Shown one piece after another: positions 57,587 to 64,000 of a DNA stretch of 64,000 nt. The translations under genes and the position numbers were made by a program. The stretch comes from Naegleria gruberi (taxonomy: Eukaryota). The notes beneath the pieces were generated by a model. That model saw only the letters and a program-made list of their open reading frames with translations, searched no databases and had not been told where the DNA came from. The stretch lies in the NCBI GenBank assembly GCA_000004985.1, contig GG738857.1. The stretch is one strand, 5' to 3'. Numbering within the stretch: position 1 is the stretch's first letter; every line of letters starts with the position of its first letter.

Positions 57587-58546
57587 CTATGGACTTGATC
57601 CAATAATTTGCATTGTCCAAGATTCGTTTGTTCCAATTGAGCTTGCAAATGAAACATTTCCAGAAGCATCAGCAGAAAGATACTGACCTGTCCATGATTT
57701 GAAAGCATAACCACCAACAGCAGGAACAGCTTCAAACTTTTCCCAAGGACCAATTGCAGTTCTATTATCAGCAATGGTATTATTCTGTTCGCAACACAAA
57801 TAAGTATTCCAATAGGTTTTAAAGGCACGAAGGAAACCATTTCCCCAATCGCTGTTATTGTAAAATGTGAAAGTTTCCCAAATACTTGCAACTGGACGAT
57901 TGGCAACAACTTTACCATTCTCAGAACACAAGTACATTCCATTCGATGCCTTCAAGTAGATGATTAACCAGACTTCAATACCACGTGGAACTCTTTGGAA
58001 AGCATTTTGAGTGATGAATGAGGAAGTGACCTTTGCAGATCTTTGATTATTAAAGAGAGTGTTAAAGTCAACTGTGATTAACTTGGATTGAATGTTGTGT
58101 AAATGATCTCTCTTGTCAACACCAGTTGTAATTGGACCTTGATAATCGATGTGAACATGATTCAAACCACCACTCTTGATAAAGAGATAAGCATTGACGT
58201 AGTTTTTAATACTGACAACCTTGAGACGTTCTTGGTCAACTAAGATTAACATATGCCTAAGATTTTGATTATTATAACAATATATGTGAAAACTTACTTT
58301 GCTTCGTACTTGTTAATACCCAATCTCTTCATTGCCTTCTTGAATTCTCTTCTTCTCAAGAACCCATTACGATCCAAGTCAACTTGATAATAGGCATTCT
58401 CTGCTTCTTGTGTTAATTGTTGAACTTGATTCATCATTTCAGATGGCTTTAATAATTAGAAAGCGAGACAACAACGGCTAATAACTTACAATTTGGAAAC
58501 CTTCAGGTAACCACTTTGGTTGAGCGTCTTGAACCCAGAATTGCAT
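57587..58546 (-). CDS. EF-hand plus C-terminal fascin-like (beta-trefoil) domain protein, 3 exons: join(57587..58256,58298..58446,58490..58546); introns 41 and 43 nt; start could alternatively be the ATG in exon 2
   Basis: Exon 2 encodes an EF-hand loop (YYQVDLDRNGFLRRREFKKAMKRLG). GTAAGT donors at 58489 and 58297 and AAG/TAG acceptors join it in frame to the track ORF 57587..58252, whose C-terminus (GYAFKSWTGQYLSADASGNVSFASSIGTNESWTMQI) looks fascin/beta-trefoil-like. Confidence 0.55.
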
Positions 58547-59359
58547 GTTTAGTTTTGTTTGTTTTTTTATTGTGTGAGAAAGTGCACCGATTTATTTTGT
58601 CAGCTCGAAACATTACAACAAGGAAAATGTGACTCTTGGAGGGTTTCTCTCATCAATTTCCATTTCTTGTTGAGGAAAAGAAACGAAAGGTTCGTGAAAT
58701 TGGCAGTTTTCTGTTTTTGATTGTTGCCATAAAATTATTTTTCTCACAATTTTAGAATTTAATGAGACTTTACAGTAAATGACAAGCATTAGACAAGTAA
58801 ACGAACTGTTTGGCTTACTCAATCAAAAATCTCACTACTACGAATTTATCAGTACTTCTCTGAATTGTTTGCATGATCATCTTCCTCACATCATCGCTCA
58901 GAATTGTGAATGTTTCAAATTGTGATGATCTGAAGAAAAACCAGGAATAAAGTCAGTGTCAAGATATTTCCATGATTGAGATTTGAACGGATAAGCCATA
59001 CTACGAGACATGTCATCCTCTGGTAAGGAAACCTTAATATTGAGTTTTTTCAAACTGGAAAAGAGTTGATTCTTGCACAATTTGAATGCCGTAAAAATTG
59101 TCATTCCACAAGTTTCTTCCAAATGTTTTTTCACTATTCAAAAAAACAAATTAACTCTTAATGATAACCTGTAGAAAGAATTGAACAAGGATCAACTAAT
59201 CATGGTCAATGAAACCAATAATCAGTATGCAGTTAAATTATATGATGAAACTGATCAATTTATGATTTGATATCTAAAGAAGAGAAATCATTACATTTGA
59301 GTTTCGAACCATTATTCGAAACCGATTCTTGATTCGAATAGAAAACATCATTAAAAAAA

Positions 59360-61279
59360 ATGGATTCACCCAACCATCCACTCAACAGAAGAGAAACCAT
59401 CCTTCAAAAATTAAATCAATCTTTCCATCGTCAATCCAACGACAATAACTCTCAAGTCATTACACTAAATGTTGGAGGTTTCTTATATACAACATTTAAG
59501 GAAACACTATCAAGGAAAATCAATGGAAAAGATCACTTGTTATCCATCATGTTTTCCGAAACTTGTTTAAATTTTGATTTTTCCAAAGATGAACGTGGAA
59601 ATATTTTCATTGATCGGAATGGAAAAGTATTTTCATATGTTTTGGATTATTTGAGAGCAGAGGGAAATATTGACAAATTTTCACTTCCTTTTAATGATGT
59701 TTGTTTGATGGAACAATTGGAGATGGAAGTTGAGTATTTTAGTTTAATTGATTTGTCAATCTTGTTGAGAGGAAGAAGAAAGTGTTTTAAAATTGAGAAG
59801 AAAAAGTATACGAAAAGTAAAACACCCACCAATGCTACTATTACTCCTTTTGATAATATTATCGGAGGAGGAAGTAGTAGTAGTGGTGTTGGAAGTGGTG
59901 GTGTTGGAGCTATCGGAAGTGTTATTGATAATGATAATGATGATGATGATAAGGAATTGGATGAAGATGATGCCGATGAATACTCATCAAGTGTTTTATT
60001 GGATGATGAAAGTGAAATTGATTTGGATTTTGAATCAAATAATGAAACAGTTGGTAGCACTATTATAACGACAAGATTTATTGAAAGAGGATTATCAGTT
60101 ATTGATCATTCAAGTGATGACGATGATGAATTTGAGAGGAAGAGAGCTCCACATAGTGCCACTACTCCAATTATAGGCAATGATGGGAATGATTGTGATG
60201 ATGAAGAAAATGATGAAGTGAATGAGGATGAAGATTCAGTTTCAACATTTGATGCTGCTATTAAAAGTGTTAATACTCAGGCAATTCCAACATTGGTCAT
60301 TAATCAAACATTGAAACCTCCTTCTCCTTCAATTGCTAAACAAAAAAGTCATAAGAGAACTAAGTCAACCTCACTTTTTCATTCCTATCATAATATCAAA
60401 CATAGAATTTGTAATGAGAAGGGAGAACCTGTGATTGGTTATTCAGAAGATGCTAGTGTTTGTTATATTTTCCCTAATTTATCTAGATATTATTATCCAA
60501 TTATTTGTAAACAACCTATTCAATTGAGAGGAATTGATAGAAGATTTGCTAAGAGTCATAATTATTTTGAGATTACAATTAGAAGTGATTTGGAAGACAG
60601 AATTGACTATGTTAATTATAATATTCCAGGTATTGTTGTTGCAATAATGACAAATAATCAAATCAAGACAATTAAGCAGCACCACAAAAAGGATTTACCA
60701 ATAGATCTTAAAAAAGAAACAGTGGTATGTAATTTTTGGAATCATTTCAATTGAAATTTACCTTAATTTAGACTAATTTCAATCTAAAGAATGGAAGTTA
60801 TTATAGCAATGAAGATGGAAAACAAATAATTGGTAAGTATTATAATCATTTAATGATGTTTATAATTTTTTAAAGCTATTCGAAGATATCTAGTAAGTAA
60901 ATGATATTGAAGTTAATATTAATTTTGACAATAATAGTGTGGAGATAGAGTTGGAGTTCACGTTGATACCACTACCAAGCTCATTACGTTTTATTACAAT
61001 GATAATGTCCTTTTCACATCTCAATTTCAATATGATGATCTAGTGTTGAGTGGTTCTAGGTTATATTTTGTGGTATTGGTCAAATCCATGTATGGAGTTG
61101 TGCCATCTTTCATTCATTTAAGAAGTCATGCTCAACATCCATTCAAATACACTTCACAACTCGAAGACAATGATTCAAAAAAGTTCAAATTACTGACGAA
61201 ACGTTTAGGAGACATTCTCTCAGTCATGAATCCAGAAACTGAACCAGCAGTCACAGCAAGCACAAGGAAAATCAAATAA
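59360..61279 (+). CDS. BTB/POZ (KCTD-T1 type) plus SPRY-domain protein, 4 exons: join(59360..60724,60790..60832,60876..60892,60938..61279), including a 17-nt micro-exon
   Basis: T1-type BTB (VITLNVGGFLYTTFKETLSR..HLLSIMFS..DERGNIFIDRNGKVFSYVLDYLR). SPRY C-terminus (GDRVGVHVD..KLITFYYNDNVLF..SRLYFVVLV) lies in the last exon, which contains track ORF 61043..61279 (its upstream TTG start is a track artefact). Phases 0/1/0 are satisfied only if the 17-nt exon 60876..60892 is included. Introns are 65, 43 and 45 nt with GTATGT/GTAAGT donors. Confidence 0.6.
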
Positions 61280-61424
61280 AAAAGTTAATTCCAACTAGTC
61301 CATTTAAATAAATTACTTTACAATCATGAAACTCTTGTAAAATTTAGATTTACATTTCCAAGTTCTTTACTGCTGGTGAACCTTTAAGAAAAAGGAAAAG
61401 TTCATCTTTAAAAAAAAGAAAAAA

Positions 61425-63981
61425 ATGGGCAACAAGCAAACAGCAGGAAGTAATTCGCTTTCTGGTTCGATCGGAAGTAGTAGAATAGCTGTTGATGTTG
61501 ATCAACATCATTTGGAAGAATCAATAACATCATTTGTTGCTGATAATTACGATCCGAATGCTGAGGAAGAATATGGCATGGAGGATGTACAAGTCGAAGA
61601 GATGAGATTGGCTGTAGAGGGGAAGATTGCAACAGCTCCATTTGAAATTGGGCAATGGGTTAAAGAAGTTTTAGAATATTCATCACAATATTCGCCAAGT
61701 TGGACTGCTACCAATATTATTGGTGAGTCTAATTCTTTTCCAAAAGTAAGTATTTGCTAGAAGCTAGGGAGATCAACACAAATAGTATGGAGATATGACC
61801 ACGTGTTGGGCTCCACAATCTGCAAGTGGTTCTCATGAACATTTAATTGTTGAATTTGATAATTATGCTCTGATTGGAGGTTTACATATTTATGAAACAT
61901 ATAATTGTGGTGCTATTGTTAAGATTTCATGTCTTCCAGCAGGTAAATCGTATAGTATTGAAGAAGTTGACTCTGGTCAGGTTGATAATGATGGAAATTC
62001 TATTAGAAAGAATCAAGTAACTTCCAAACCTGAAGATTGGATTGTATTATATCAAGGTAATCCACAACAGTCAAGTCTTGCTAAGGAATCAAGAATTTTC
62101 GTTCCTCCAATTAAGAAATATTGTTGTGTTACAAAGATTATCAAAATTGAAATGGACACAACTGACAGTGAATCTTGGAGTGAAATTGATGCTATTAGAA
62201 TGTTTGGTATCATTTGTGATTCGGAAGTTGTTGATGCTATGGCACCAGTTTCAACAGCAGTTCATCATCAAAGTAAGGAATATGTTGAGGATTTAAAGAC
62301 ACTATTTATTAATGAACCATCAACTGATTGTGTCTCACTCAAGCTCCCAATCAAAAAGAAGATGCTTGCATCAACTCCAGAAAACCCATTGTATATTGTA
62401 TCACCAAAATTGTATTATGTTCATGAATTTTTATTGAGATATAGATTCCACAATTCTAGCATACTCGATAAGTACATTGTAAAGAGTGAGGATGAAATTA
62501 CGGACATGTCACCAAGTTCAAATTCATTCTCCATCACAGAGTCAGCAGCAAATAGCATTATTAATTATCTCTATTCTGGATCACTATTCCTTTCTCCATC
62601 CATGTTTAAAGAAAGTGAAGAAAATGATTATACTTCCTCTGAAGATTTCGTTAGAGAAATATTACAAATTTCAAATGCATTTGGAATTGAAACTTTGAAG
62701 GAAGCTTGTACTCAAACTATTGAAATTTCATCATTGATTGATGAAAAATTCAGACAACATGTAACAATATCCATTTTCAACCAACTTGCTTCCACCCTCT
62801 CTGTCAATGATTTATATGAGGATATGAGAGCTGTATTTGAAGAGGCTTGCACAAAAGGTGAAAATTATGATAGAAGAGCTGCTCCTGATATCAAGATCGT
62901 ATTTTCATTGTCAGGTGAGGATGATCCTTTGACTCCATCGAGTAGACCATGTATTTATACTCACTCTTCCATTCTTAAGGCAAGGTGTGCTTATTTTAAG
63001 GTAAGTTTTTGAAAATATGAAGATTAACAAATGTAAAAGACAATGTTCAATTGGGGAAATGTTACTGAGAACCCTTTCAGATTCTCTTCTGATAACATCA
63101 ATGAAATCGATATTCCAGATGTGAAATATGAAATTTTCTTAAAGATGATCAAGTTTATCTATTGTGGAATCCTTGAAAAGGGAGAAATTACACCAGAAGA
63201 AGCCATTCCACTCTACGTTGCACAAAATCAATATTTACTTGATTCTTCTGTGAGTGCATCAGTCATCAAGGAGAATTTATCTGAAACTAATGTAATGGAA
63301 ATCCTAGGATTGGCCGTTCAATTCTCATATCAAGAAATTTCTGAATTCTGTACCAACTATTTAATGAAGAATATTGAACGTGTTTATGTGGATGTTAGAA
63401 ACAGATTCAGAGAGGAGAGAGATAATGGAACATTGAATGATGATCCAATCTATCAACATTTGAAAGAAACTAGTTACATCTGGGATTTGATAATTAATAA
63501 TGATAATTTGCACTATACATCCCAGTGGGCTTATAGATTAATTGGTTTCTCATCAGAATATAACGGTTGGCCAGCAACTAATGTTATCGGCCCTTCGAAC
63601 ACCTACCCAGATTATGGCGATATTAAAACAGCTTGGGCTCCAAAACCATCAAAGAACTCTAAGGAATTTTTGGAATTGGAATTCTATAACCCAACATTCA
63701 TTACTGAAATTCGTGTTTATGAGACATATAACCCAGGTGCTCTTGTTATGGTAACTGCTGTCACAGAATCTCAAAAGGAACAAGATGTAATCTTTGAACA
63801 TGAACCAGTTGCTCACCTCCTTCCTGCACAATCAAGAATCAATGTCATTCCAATATCTGATCCAAAGAATGTCATGCAAAGAAAGTACAAATACTTACGT
63901 CTCGATATAGATACATCGAAGAATTATAGTTGGTATGAAATTGATGCCGTTTTGTTGTGTGGATTCATAGAAAAGAAATAA
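61425..63981 (+). CDS. BTB/POZ-domain protein with two copies of an FBXL4-N-terminal-like beta-sandwich domain and an N-terminal MGxxxT myristoylation-type motif, 3 exons: join(61425..61745,61786..63000,63040..63981); introns 40 and 39 nt
   Basis: Repeated domain (EIGQWVKEVLEYSSQYSPSWTATNIIGESNSFPK|YGDMTTCWAP...EHLIVEFDNYALIGGLHIYETYNCGA and YTSQWAYRLIGFSSEYNGWPATNVIGPSNTYPDYGDIKTAWAP...EFLELEFYNPTFITEIRVYETYNPGA) resembles the FBXL4 N-terminal domain. BTB motif RPCIYTHSSILKARCAYFK|TMFNWG...EIFLKMIKFIYCG. GTAAGT donors; all phases 0. Confidence 0.65.
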
Positions 63982-64000
63982 CGATAAACACTAAATTTAT

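Noticed and set aside
58613-59134. ORFs 58613..58822(-) and 58898..59134(-)
   Set aside because: Short, with no motifs. Probably the 5' intergenic region shared by the divergent EF-hand and BTB genes. Could be a small gene, but there is no support.
1-64000. Prokaryotic features (CRISPR arrays, operons, RBS-driven TTG/GTG starts, defence islands)
   Set aside because: The sequence is eukaryotic: spliceosomal introns, Pol III genes with T-run terminators, poly-N/Q proteins. TTG/GTG starts in the ORF track are artefacts of a bacterial translation table. No direct-repeat/spacer arrays are present.

Overview
This is a nuclear genomic window from a dictyostelid social amoeba, Dictyostelium-like but probably not D. 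discoideum itself. Nothing in it is prokaryotic. The species call rests on three observations. Codon usage is AT-rich and poly-N/Q/T low-complexity coding tracts are abundant. Intergenic DNA is only about 60-70% AT. Spliceosomal GT-AG introns are very short, several only 39-53 nt. The provided ORF track uses bacterial start codons (TTG/GTG), so many of its 'M' starts are artefacts; true ATG starts were re-derived. Roughly 38 protein-coding genes lie on both strands, many with 1-3 short introns that I resolved by hand. Orthologues recognised from conserved motifs are Mnd1 (5'-truncated), a TMEM14-family protein, a kinesin, ATP-dependent PEP carboxykinase, a UBX-domain protein, a Zn2Cys6 transcription factor, proteasome lid subunit PSMD13/Rpn9, exocyst Sec5/EXOC2, an F-box/LRR protein, an FLVCR-like MFS transporter, a receptor-like TKL kinase, 3-hydroxyanthranilate 3,4-dioxygenase, a SAM methyltransferase, PIG-P, CNOT9/Rcd1, coatomer delta, a membrane-anchored thioredoxin, an EF-hand/fascin-like protein and two adjacent BTB-domain genes. 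RNA genes are tRNA-Asp(GTC), tRNA-Ile(AAT) and two tandem chromosomal 5S rRNA genes about 2 kb apart. The 5S pair differs by one compensatory base-pair change and shares a TATA-like upstream box and a conserved 3' flank. The most unusual observations are listed here. (1) The dispersed 5S pair itself. (2) A conserved-looking gene between the 5S copies that is interrupted by a single in-frame TAG. (3) Ultra-short introns and a 17-nt micro-exon. (4) A frameshifted F-box/LRR gene flanked by ~170-bp direct repeats that duplicate the 3' end of the neighbouring gene. (5) Three further genes with a frame break at a single point, one of them with a second break resolved as a 53-nt intron. (6) A 2.2-kb gene-free block with atypical composition. 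I found no CRISPR array, operon or prokaryotic defence system, and no clear transposon.
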